Notes: a model not told the origin generated them from the sequence alone. 60,160 nucleotides of DNA from Candidatus Magasanikbacteria bacterium RIFOXYD1_FULL_40_23 (GCA_001783215.1 MFRA01000001.1:1-60160), one strand, 5' to 3'. Shown: positions 44,933-52,256, counted from the first letter of the stretch. A program made the numbers and translations.

Positions 44933-44967
44933 GGCTCTTGGTTTATTCCGAGGGCTGTTTTATTTTT
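44933..44967 (+). terminator. terminator of the cassette
   Basis: ggctcttgg / ccgagggct stem (with G-U pairs) followed by gttttattttt. Confidence 0.5.
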
Positions 44968-45018
44968 ACGTGATTATTGTTATACTATTTTCGAAGTGTT
45001 TAATAAATAATCTGTATT

Positions 45019-46371
45019 ATGCGTTTATCCTTTTACGGAGCGGCTGGAGAAGTAACCGGTTCTTGTAATATGTTTGCGGCAGAAGGTAAAAAGTTTTTGG
45101 TTGATTGCGGTATGTTTCAGGGTAATCAGCTTAACGAAGAAAAAAATAGAGAACCATTTCCGTTTAATCCAGCCGAATTAACTGGTGTTATTGCTACGCA
45201 CGCTCATTTGGATCACGTTGGCCGCCTGCCACTACTGGTCAAAAATGGATTTGAAGGAGCTTTTTATGCTACGCCACCAACTATAGAATTAATAGAATTA
45301 ATTTTGGAAGACGCCTTACATATTATGATCTATAATCATAATCATCACGGCGCCGAAATTTTGTATGATTCTTCCGATATTGCCAAAGTGATGCTGCAAT
45401 TTAAAGCGGTAGATTATGGCAAAAAAACTTTGTTATCGCCAGGTGTATATTTTACTTTGCATGATGCTGGGCATATTTTTGGTTCGGCCTTTGTAGAAGT
45501 AGAAGCCGAGGGTAAAAAAGTTGTGTTTTCCGGAGATGTTGGCAATATTAGCGTGCCAATTTTGCGCGACACCGAAGATTTACCAAAGGGTGTAGACGCT
45601 CTTGTGTGTGAGTCTACATACGGAAATCGCTTGCACGAATCTAGTGATAAACGTGAAGAGTTGCTTGTGTCAGAAATCACAACTGCCTTAAGTAGAGGTG
45701 GAACTCTTATGATTCCATCTTTTTCTTTTGAAAGAACGCAGGAATTAATTTATGAACTAAACGAACTTATAGATCGTAGGCATTTGTTGCCGCGCGTGCC
45801 AATTTTTTTGGATAGTCCGCTAGCTATCAAAGCCACCAGAGTTTATTTAAAATACCCAAAATATTACGACGCCGAAGCCGACAGGTTATTAAAAAATGAT
45901 GACGAATTGTTTAATTTTCCAGGACTGATAATGACTGAAACTGTAGAGGAATCAAAAAGAATAAATCACACACCTTCTCCAAAAATAATTATCGCCGGTT
46001 CTGGCATGATGAATGGTGGTCGTATTTTGCACCATGCTTTGCGTTACTTGTCGGATGAAAAAAACACTTTACTTATAATTGGCTACCAATCCGAAGGCAC
46101 GCTGGGCAGAAAAATTATGGAAGGATATTCTCCGGTAGAGGTGATGGGGGAACATGTGGCAGTTCATTGTCACGTAAGTTCTATTGGCGCTTTATCGGCT
46201 CACGCAGATGAAAATAAATTTGTAAAATGGATAGGCGGTAAACATATTCCTAAAAAAGTATTTTTAAATCATGGAGAACCGGCCGTGTCGGAAGTTTTGG
46301 CCAAAAAATTGCAAGACGATCTGGGTGTAGAGGCTATGCCTGTAAAGGCAGGGATGGAAGCAGAGGTGTAG
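45019..46371 (+). CDS. beta-CASP family metallo-beta-lactamase RNase (RNase J/CPSF-like)
   Basis: 450 aa. HAHLDHVG motif, beta-CASP and RMMBL-like C-terminus. Confidence 0.88.
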   Translation: MRLSFYGAAGEVTGSCNMFAAEGKKFLVDCGMFQGNQLNEEKNREPFPFNPAELTGVIATHAHLDHVGRLPLLVKNGFEGAFYATPPTIELIELILEDALHIMIYNHNHHGAEILYDSSDIAKVMLQFKAVDYGKKTLLSPGVYFTLHDAGHIFGSAFVEVEAEGKKVVFSGDVGNISVPILRDTEDLPKGVDALVCESTYGNRLHESSDKREELLVSEITTALSRGGTLMIPSFSFERTQELIYELNELIDRRHLLPRVPIFLDSPLAIKATRVYLKYPKYYDAEADRLLKNDDELFNFPGLIMTETVEESKRINHTPSPKIIIAGSGMMNGGRILHHALRYLSDEKNTLLIIGYQSEGTLGRKIMEGYSPVEVMGEHVAVHCHVSSIGALSAHADENKFVKWIGGKHIPKKVFLNHGEPAVSEVLAKKLQDDLGVEAMPVKAGMEAEV

Positions 46372-46375
46372 GTTA

Positions 46376-46403
46376 TTGACAAAATTACAAAAAAACGTAA
46401 TAG
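46376..46403 (+). promoter_or_regulatory. possible promoter overlapping the RNase stop
   Basis: TTGACA 46376-46381, 16 nt, TAATAG 46398-46403. Confidence 0.4.
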
Positions 46404-46467
46404 TTAGCAAACAAATTATATTGTCTAAAAACTATCCTTGCAGGGCGTTATGCCCAAGGAGCTCATA

Positions 46468-47007
46468 ATGCAAAAACTTCGTTCGCTAGAAGGCTCTGTA
46501 TTAGAAGTCTTTACAGTTGTTCCGTATGGAGTTGAGCCAATTGAAGTCGTGCTCAATGAGCGTGAATACAAGATCCGCGACCAAGGCGTGAGCAAGTTCT
46601 TCGGTGGAGGTAAGCTTGTGGGAATCCTTGTTCCTATAGAAGTGTCTCTGGTGACATTTGTTAGCGCTCATGCAACTGGGCGTATAGATCCGCACGAGAT
46701 TTGGGATTGGGGCAAAGGTAGAAATCTTGCGCCATTTTTTCCAGAGCATCTTTGCGGACTTGTGATGAACTATCCAGGTTCGCAGAAGAATCGAAAGATT
46801 ATCGCCTTGGGTGGTGAAGAAAAAGGGCAAGTCCTTTGTCTTTGGGGAAAGGGTGATTGGAAGGGTGCAAGCACTTTCTCTAGCGTTGGAAACTGGGGAG
46901 GCGTCGGATCTGATGCCTACACGTTTGGTTTTGTTCCAAAGAAACCTCAATTTGGTTCTCTAGAAGTTCCCTCCCTTTCGAGTGGGACATCAAGGATTAT
47001 TCGTTGA
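46468..47007 (+). CDS. hypothetical protein (GC-rich cassette)
   Basis: 179 aa from ATG 46468 with AAGGAG at 46456-46461. In-frame alternative ATG at 46450. No motif. Confidence 0.65.
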   Translation: MQKLRSLEGSVLEVFTVVPYGVEPIEVVLNEREYKIRDQGVSKFFGGGKLVGILVPIEVSLVTFVSAHATGRIDPHEIWDWGKGRNLAPFFPEHLCGLVMNYPGSQKNRKIIALGGEEKGQVLCLWGKGDWKGASTFSSVGNWGGVGSDAYTFGFVPKKPQFGSLEVPSLSSGTSRIIR

Positions 47008-47032
47008 AATATTTTCTTTGTATTATGCAGTC

Positions 47033-47067
47033 GCCGCCCAGATGAATAATCTAGAGGCGGTTTTTTT
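47033..47067 (+). terminator. terminator
   Basis: gccgcc...ggcggt stem followed by ttttttt. Confidence 0.55.
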
Positions 47068-47101
47068 ACCCTAAAATTTATAGGTTATCAACACCTATCC
47101 C

Positions 47102-47130
47102 TTGACGGCATAATTAATAAAATGTACAAT
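47102..47130 (+). promoter_or_regulatory. sigma70-like promoter of the transposase
   Basis: TTGACG 47102-47107, 17 nt, TACAAT 47125-47130. Confidence 0.6.
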
Positions 47131-47158
47131 ACAGCCATAAGTTATTAACCCCATAATT

Positions 47159-48025
47159 ATGGCTCAAGCTGATAAGTACAGCATCCGAGATTTAAAGAAA
47201 GACTTCCCAAATGATGATATTTGTTTAGAGTATATCTTTAGCAACTTACACGCTAAGACTTGTTCTTGCGGTGGCCGATATAACCGAGTAAAAGGTAGGC
47301 TCAAATTTCAATGCTCTAAGTGTCGTTTTCAGATTGCCCCGCTAGTAGGTACAATTTTTGAAAAGACTAGCACGCCTTTAACCTTATGGTTCCACGCCCT
47401 CTTTATCTTCTCTAATGCTAAGAGCGGTGTTTCTAGTAAAGAAATGGAAAGACAACTTGGGGTAACTTATAAATGTGCGTGGAGGATTTTAAAACTAATC
47501 AGAGAATCTTTAAAACAAGACGGCCTACCACTTAAAGGCGATGTGGAAATGGATGAAGGGTTCTTTGGTGGTAAAGGCGACGCTGGCAAGAACAATGAAA
47601 TGTTAAGTGTGGTAATGAATAAGAAGACTAAAGTAATCGGGGCAGTAGAACGAAAGGGTAGAATGAGAGCCAAAGCCGTAAAAGATGTATCGGCTAAAAC
47701 TATAGCGACGTTTTTAGACCATAATATCTATCCGATTGATACAAGATTGCTCACTGATAAGAGTAATCGCTATAATCTGGCTTCTTGGGGCTATAACAGA
47801 CAATCAGTTAATCACGGAAACAAAGAATACGTCCGAGGGGACGTACACGTTAATAACGTAGAGAGTTTTTGGTCGCACTTAAAGAGAAGTATTAAAGGCA
47901 CGCACAAAGCTATTTCAAAGAAGCACTTCCAGTCTTACCTTGACGCTTTCGTTTGGCACCGAAACAATCGGTACAACGACAGAGAGCGGTTTGGGACTTT
48001 GCTCGGTGCTTTATTACAGTCTTAA
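47159..48025 (+). CDS. IS1595-family (ISXO2-like) DDE transposase with N-terminal zinc ribbon
   Basis: 288 aa. CSCGGRYNRV...QCSKCRFQ zinc ribbon. DDE_Tnp_IS1595-like body (VEMDEGFFGG...LTDKSNRY...VNNVESFWSHLKR). Confidence 0.88.
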   Translation: MAQADKYSIRDLKKDFPNDDICLEYIFSNLHAKTCSCGGRYNRVKGRLKFQCSKCRFQIAPLVGTIFEKTSTPLTLWFHALFIFSNAKSGVSSKEMERQLGVTYKCAWRILKLIRESLKQDGLPLKGDVEMDEGFFGGKGDAGKNNEMLSVVMNKKTKVIGAVERKGRMRAKAVKDVSAKTIATFLDHNIYPIDTRLLTDKSNRYNLASWGYNRQSVNHGNKEYVRGDVHVNNVESFWSHLKRSIKGTHKAISKKHFQSYLDAFVWHRNNRYNDRERFGTLLGALLQS

Positions 48026-48128
48026 GAGTTGAGAGGAAGGGTGTTGACAAATCGATAGATTTTTGCATATTGTATATTTATATATTTTCATATATAGTAT
48101 ACCTGTAAACAAAAATAAGCAAAAAAAT

Positions 48129-48701
48129 ATGCCACAAGATAACAGTTGGATCATAATATTGATAAGTACGGCATTAGGTGGTTTTGCAGGTTGGGGTGCA
48201 GCAGCGCACAAATTAGGAAGATACGCTCAGATAGCCGATGACTTAAAAGCAAAAGTTGGTGAAATAGAAAAAGAAATTAAATTATTAACAACAAACATTA
48301 CTCAATGCTCCACAAAAATAGACGAGAGGACTTTATCAGCAGCAACAGCACTTACAAAACGTAAAAGCCCTATTAGTCTTACAGATTTTGGAGATGCACT
48401 TTTAAAGAAAAGCGGATCTGATAAATTTGTGCTTGAAAATCAAAGTGAGTTAGTAGAAAAAATTAAAGTAACTAATCCAAAATCTGCATACGACGTTCAG
48501 GAAGCATCTAAAAAGGTAATAAAAGACATGGTAGATGAAGATAAATTTATTTCTCTTAAAGATTATGCATTTAAAGAAGGTATAGAATTAGAAAATATTA
48601 TTCTTGTAATGAGTATTTTCCTTAGAGATGTTGCGCTACCTTTATTGGGTTACAAACCAGAAGATATTGACAAAGATGATCCTGGCACAACAAAGGAATA
48701 G
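48129..48701 (+). CDS. hypothetical N-terminally membrane-anchored coiled-coil protein
   Basis: 190 aa from ATG 48129. TM WIIILISTALGGFAGWGAA, then coiled coil and a globular C-terminal region. Confidence 0.7.
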   Translation: MPQDNSWIIILISTALGGFAGWGAAAHKLGRYAQIADDLKAKVGEIEKEIKLLTTNITQCSTKIDERTLSAATALTKRKSPISLTDFGDALLKKSGSDKFVLENQSELVEKIKVTNPKSAYDVQEASKKVIKDMVDEDKFISLKDYAFKEGIELENIILVMSIFLRDVALPLLGYKPEDIDKDDPGTTKE

Positions 48702-48718
48702 GTAAAATTAAAATATAC

Positions 48719-48752
48719 AAAAAAACAACCAGCTTCCCGGGTTGTTTTTTTG
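48719..48752 (+). terminator. rho-independent terminator
   Basis: aaaaaaacaacc...ggttgttttttt. Confidence 0.75.
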
Positions 48753-48798
48753 TATTCCAACGATTATGCTTAACCCTTGACATATGGTAAAAAAGTCC

Positions 48799-48827
48799 TT
48801 GACGGTCTTTTTTGTTTTTGTTATATT
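48799..48827 (+). promoter_or_regulatory. terminator-loop style promoter
   Basis: Imperfect hairpin aaaagtcc-ttgac-ggtctttt. TTGACG 48799-48804, 17 nt, TATATT 48822-48827. Confidence 0.55.
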
Positions 48828-48832
48828 AATAC

Positions 48833-49006
48833 TGCACAACCAACAAGCGTATTATCTAAACAGAAGTTCTTTGAAAATTTAACCAGTATAAAATGTTGTC
48901 ACATCACCCGCTTGCGGGTTGGTTGTGCAAAACTCAGCCCCACTTCAAAGAACATTCCGTTTAGAGATTTGGGTGGTTGACGACATTTTGCACTGGTTTT
49001 TTGTTT
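48833..49006 (+). promoter_or_regulatory. highly structured leader RNA (candidate attenuator or riboswitch-like element)
   Basis: Three long-range complementarities: 48833-48849/48909-48929, 48854-48875/48944-48968 and 48881-48900/48979-48998. The last is followed by a U-run. Confidence 0.45.
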
Positions 49007-49083
49007 GGCTCTACTAAAGCAGGTTATCATATTAATTGCTTTGGAGGGCTAAATCATTCCCTTAGTTAAGAGGATGTAATCAA

Positions 49084-49272
49084 GTGCAAAGTATGGAAGC
49101 AGAACTCATCTGTCGTCCCTATATCACGCTCAGAAATGGGCGCCGATTATGGGCGCATGAGGTTGGTAAGCAGGCATTCTGTTTTCCCGCGGTACCAGGC
49201 TACTGGGAACGTAGGAAAATAAAAGAAGCAGCCTTTTTACAGCTACCTCTCCCACTACCAGAGCCTAAATAA
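49084..49272 (+). CDS. hypothetical 62-aa protein (GC-rich cassette)
   Basis: GTG 49084 lies 9 nt after AAGAGGA (49068-49074). Alternative ATG at 49093. No motif. Confidence 0.5.
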   Translation: MQSMEAELICRPYITLRNGRRLWAHEVGKQAFCFPAVPGYWERRKIKEAAFLQLPLPLPEPK

Positions 49273-49288
49273 ATAGGCTAAGAATTGT

Positions 49289-49322
49289 CCCCGCTTCCCT
49301 TATAAGGGCGGGGCTTTTCTTT
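49289..49322 (+). terminator. terminator
   Basis: ccccgc...gcgggg stem followed by cttttcttttt. Confidence 0.65.
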
Positions 49323-49464
49323 TTAACACAAATACAAAAAAACGTCAAGACATCACTCACTGGCTAATTTTCCTTTTTTCCCCACATATTTTAAGAAGTT
49401 TTCTGATAAATAAATTATACCATATTGAACGACCCCCTTGTAGGGTCTTTTTTATTATACAGAA

Positions 49465-49515
49465 GTGGATAACTTGCCATTATGCTCTCAAGGAATATGT
49501 GTGAGGTTATCCACA
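49465..49515. promoter_or_regulatory. pair of inverted DnaA-box-like sequences
   Basis: TTATCCACA at 49507-49515 (9/9). AGTGGATAA at 49464-49472, reverse complement TTATCCACT (8/9). Confidence 0.4.
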
Positions 49516-49572
49516 CCCATTACCAAATGGTATTTTCTTGCTTTATATTAGCCAAAATAACCGGTGTTTAAA

Positions 49573-49645
49573 ATGGAACAAAATGTTGACTTATGTTTTA
49601 AAGTGGTATAAAATGGATTGTAGTGGAATGAAGTGGGGAAAATGC
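49573..49645 (+). promoter_or_regulatory. mraZ promoter with phased (A/G)TG(G/T) direct repeats (putative MraZ operator)
   Basis: TTGACT 49586-49591, 17 nt, TAAAAT 49609-49614. Boxes start at 49573, 49583, 49593, 49603, 49613, 49623 and 49633, exactly 10 nt apart. The last four are GTGG/ATGG/GTGG/GTGG. Confidence 0.55.
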
Positions 49646-49678
49646 TTGTCTCTCTACTCATTAATAATTCTTCCACAT

Positions 49679-50110
49679 ATGTTCATTGGTGAATACAATC
49701 ACAGTTTAGACGACAAAGGCAGAATGGCTATCCCAGTCAAATTTCGCCGTGAATTACAAAAAGGTGCAGTGGTTACCCGCGGTTTGGATAATTGTCTTTT
49801 TCTTTATACCAAAACCGAATGGGAGAAGCTGGCCGAGAAATTGGCCGCATTACCAATTAGTCAATCCAACAGCCGAGCTTTTTCTAGATTAATGTTAGCC
49901 GGTGCGATGGATGTAGAGTTAGATAAACAAGGAAGAGTAATTTTACCGGAATATTTACGCCAATTTTCTGGAATAAAAAAGAATTTGGTAATTGCCGGTT
50001 TGTATAATCGATTGGAAATCTGGGATCAAGATTTGTGGAATAAATATAAAAATCAAACTGAAGCCGAAAGCGGAGCGATTGCCGAAAAGATGGGCGAGCT
50101 GGGAGTTTAA
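49679..50110 (+). CDS. mraZ: transcriptional regulator MraZ
   Basis: 143 aa from ATG 49679 (MFIGEYNHSLDDKGRMAIP). Two SpoVT-AbrB halves (DDKGRMAIP, DKQGRVILP). Confidence 0.92.
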   Translation: MFIGEYNHSLDDKGRMAIPVKFRRELQKGAVVTRGLDNCLFLYTKTEWEKLAEKLAALPISQSNSRAFSRLMLAGAMDVELDKQGRVILPEYLRQFSGIKKNLVIAGLYNRLEIWDQDLWNKYKNQTEAESGAIAEKMGELGV

Positions 50111-50115
50111 AACAA

Positions 50116-50170
50116 GATGCATGATGCACACAACACGACTCACTGCATCCTGTTACGTGCATCATGAATC
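50116..50170. repeat. GCATCATG-type palindrome (repeat family 3) abutting the rsmH start
   Basis: gatgcatgatgcac ... gtgcatcatgaatc, 13/14 bp stem. Confidence 0.65.
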
Positions 50171-51118
50171 ATGAAAAATATGCGTCACGAACCAGTATTA
50201 ATGAAAGAAACGATAGATGCGCTTAACTTGAAGCCAGGTAACAATGTAATTGATTGTACATTGGGAGATGCCGGTCATAGCGAAGTGATGTTAGAAAAGA
50301 TATCTCCGAATGGAAAATTATTAGGAATAGATCTGGATCCAGAAGCAGTTTTGCGCGCCAAACAGTTCCTATATAATTTTCAGAACAGAGTTACGCTTGC
50401 ACGAGATAATTTTGCTAATTTACAAGAAATAATTACAAAAAATGATTTTAGTCCAGTAAATGCGATTTTGATGGATTTGGGATGGTCTACTCCTCAATTT
50501 GAGGAGCGGGGGAGAGGTTTTAGCTTTTTGGTAGATGAGGCGCTAGATATGCGATATGGAGTAGGTGAAATGCTAAAGGTAGAAGGAGAAGAAAGTTTGA
50601 CTGCTGCCGATGTGGTAAATACTTATACTGAAGAAGAGTTAAGCAGATTATTTAAAAATTTTGGAGAAGAAAACTTGAATAAAGAAATAGCTAGAGCAGT
50701 AAAAGTTTATAGAAAGAACAAGAAAATAGAAAAAACAGGGGAGTTGGTAGAAATAATTTTGGAAACGTATAGACAAAAATTAAAATCAGATAAAGAAATT
50801 CCTTGGGTAGGCGGATTACACCCAGCCACGAAAGTTTTCCAAGCATTGCGAATAGAAACCAATCATGAGCTTGAAAGTTTAAAAAAAGCCTTACCACAAG
50901 CAGTTAGTGCATTATCTAGTGGTGGCAGGTTAGCAGTTATCACCTTTCACTCTCTAGAAGACAGAATCGTAAAACAATACTTTCAATCTATAGTAAATAA
51001 GCAAGTCAAATTAATTAATAAAAAACCAATTAGCGCCAGCGAAGAGGAGGTCAAAAATAATCCTCGCTCCAGAAGCGCCAAACTAAGAGTGGTAGAAAAA
51101 ATTCACCCTGTTAAATAG
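50171..51118 (+). CDS. rsmH: 16S rRNA (cytosine1402-N4)-methyltransferase
   Basis: 315 aa. HEPVLMKE, DCTLGDAGHS, DLGWSTPQFE. Confidence 0.93.
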   Translation: MKNMRHEPVLMKETIDALNLKPGNNVIDCTLGDAGHSEVMLEKISPNGKLLGIDLDPEAVLRAKQFLYNFQNRVTLARDNFANLQEIITKNDFSPVNAILMDLGWSTPQFEERGRGFSFLVDEALDMRYGVGEMLKVEGEESLTAADVVNTYTEEELSRLFKNFGEENLNKEIARAVKVYRKNKKIEKTGELVEIILETYRQKLKSDKEIPWVGGLHPATKVFQALRIETNHELESLKKALPQAVSALSSGGRLAVITFHSLEDRIVKQYFQSIVNKQVKLINKKPISASEEEVKNNPRSRSAKLRVVEKIHPVK

Positions 51119-51251
51119 TTTTAAATTATAAAATAATTTAAAACTAAGATTTGAGCAGTAGTTTGATGTTTAAATCTAAACAAGGAAATGAATCCTATCC
51201 ATCATTTAGTGAAAATAATACAAATCAAATCTTATTTAACAGGGTAAAAAT

Positions 51252-51611
51252 ATGTCATTCAAGCGTCAGATAAAATATAAATATCAAAACTTCAAATTTT
51301 CTTTACAGACTATTAGTTTGCCAGGCTGGCTCACTTCCCCGTACCTACGTTTAAGTTTGTTTGCCTTTATATTTTTGTTTAGCGCTGCCTATATTGTAAA
51401 TATTACCTCTTCTGCCACTAGTGGCTACCAAATGCATGAGCTAGAAAAAAAGACTTTGGCACTGGAGATGGAAGTAAGAAAGCTAGAGGTAGAAATAGCA
51501 GACAATAGTTCTATGAGTAGCATCGCTTCCAGATTAGTAAAATTAAATATGGTAGAAGCTTCTGGAATGATGTTTCTAGCAGATAAGAATAGTTCGGTTG
51601 CCAAAAATTAA
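51252..51611 (+). CDS. FtsL-like cell-division membrane protein
   Basis: 119 aa. Single TM followed by a coiled coil. Position after rsmH. Confidence 0.55.
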   Translation: MSFKRQIKYKYQNFKFSLQTISLPGWLTSPYLRLSLFAFIFLFSAAYIVNITSSATSGYQMHELEKKTLALEMEVRKLEVEIADNSSMSSIASRLVKLNMVEASGMMFLADKNSSVAKN

Positions 51612-51629
51612 TTGCAACTTCAGCAAACC

Positions 51630-51654
51630 ATCCCCCTGTTTGGGGGATTTTTTG
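51630..51654 (+). terminator. rho-independent terminator
   Basis: atccccc-tgttt-gggggat followed by tttttg. Confidence 0.8.
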
Positions 51655-51667
51655 TTGGCTTTGGATG

Positions 51668-51676
51668 TGTTATAAT
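51668..51676 (+). promoter_or_regulatory. extended -10 promoter element
   Basis: TGT-TATAAT. No good -35. Confidence 0.4.
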
Positions 51677-51682
51677 GGAACT

Positions 51683-51861
51683 GAGCGAGAGAGATAGTCA
51701 GTGAGATATTTATAACCGTTTGCGAGTTATAAATATTGACTCTGGATATTTCCGAGCGAAGGACATTATTTACAAGCGACGTGAGCGAAAAGGACGTTTA
51801 CGTACTTTTCTGAACAAGCACAGTAAATATGGGAGCCTATATATGTGGCTTTAGCCCATAT
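51683..51861 (+). repeat. intergenic repeat family 2, copy D (with about 65-nt internal insertion)
   Basis: Collinear with 5444-5554 and ends in the identical ATATGTGGCTTTAGCCCATAT. Confidence 0.8.
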
Positions 51862-51905
51862 ACTTAAAGTAACTTAATCGGTGTCGTTTTTCGACATAAG
51901 TATTT

Positions 51906-52256
51906 ATGTTTATATTAATTTTACAACGTTTATTTTTAGAAGCCATTTTGGATGTTTTTTATTTTCCGGTTTGGTGGTATACCAAGGGCGCTCTTCATGC
52001 TCTACGACAATGTTTTCAAATTTTAAAAAACGGTAATGCTAGCTTGGCACCTGGTGTGTGGATTGTCAATCTATTTGTGCCTATGTACGGTCAGTTCGAT
52101 ATCCAAGGACGTATCGTTAGTTTTTTTATGCGCATAGTGCAAATTATCGCCCGCACTTTTGCGCTGGCCTTATGGTTTGGCTTCTGTTCTGTTTTGTTTA
52201 TAATCTGGCTGGCGCTGCCAGTAGTTGTTTTTTATGGAATAGTTTATGCAGTTTAA
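51906..52256 (+). CDS. small multi-TM membrane protein
   Basis: 116 aa. Overlaps the Clp gene start by 11 nt. Confidence 0.7.
   Translation: MFILILQRLFLEAILDVFYFPVWWYTKGALHALRQCFQILKNGNASLAPGVWIVNLFVPMYGQFDIQGRIVSFFMRIVQIIARTFALALWFGFCSVLFIIWLALPVVVFYGIVYAV

Larger units (their letters stand above)
47085..48053 (+). mobile_element. possible IS1595-family element; ends not convincingly defined
   Basis: Only an 8-bp inverted core (tcaacacc 47088-47095 / ggtgttga 48040-47). No clear direct repeats. Confidence 0.3.

Noticed and set aside
49330-49680. Calling this AT-rich gap with two DnaA boxes the replication origin.
   Set aside because: Only two boxes, no dnaA or dnaN nearby, no visible DnaA-box cluster or obvious DUE repeats, and no strand-bias switch in gene orientation at this point.
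51166-51273. 35-aa ORF (MFKSKQGNESYPSF...) in the rsmH-ftsL spacer.
   Set aside because: It overlaps the ftsL-like start out of frame, has no SD or promoter, and the region is better explained by the nested inverted repeats.
5444-51861. Whether the repeat families constitute a CRISPR array.
   Set aside because: Copies are tens of kb apart, not interspaced at regular short intervals, and differ in length. No cas genes are present.
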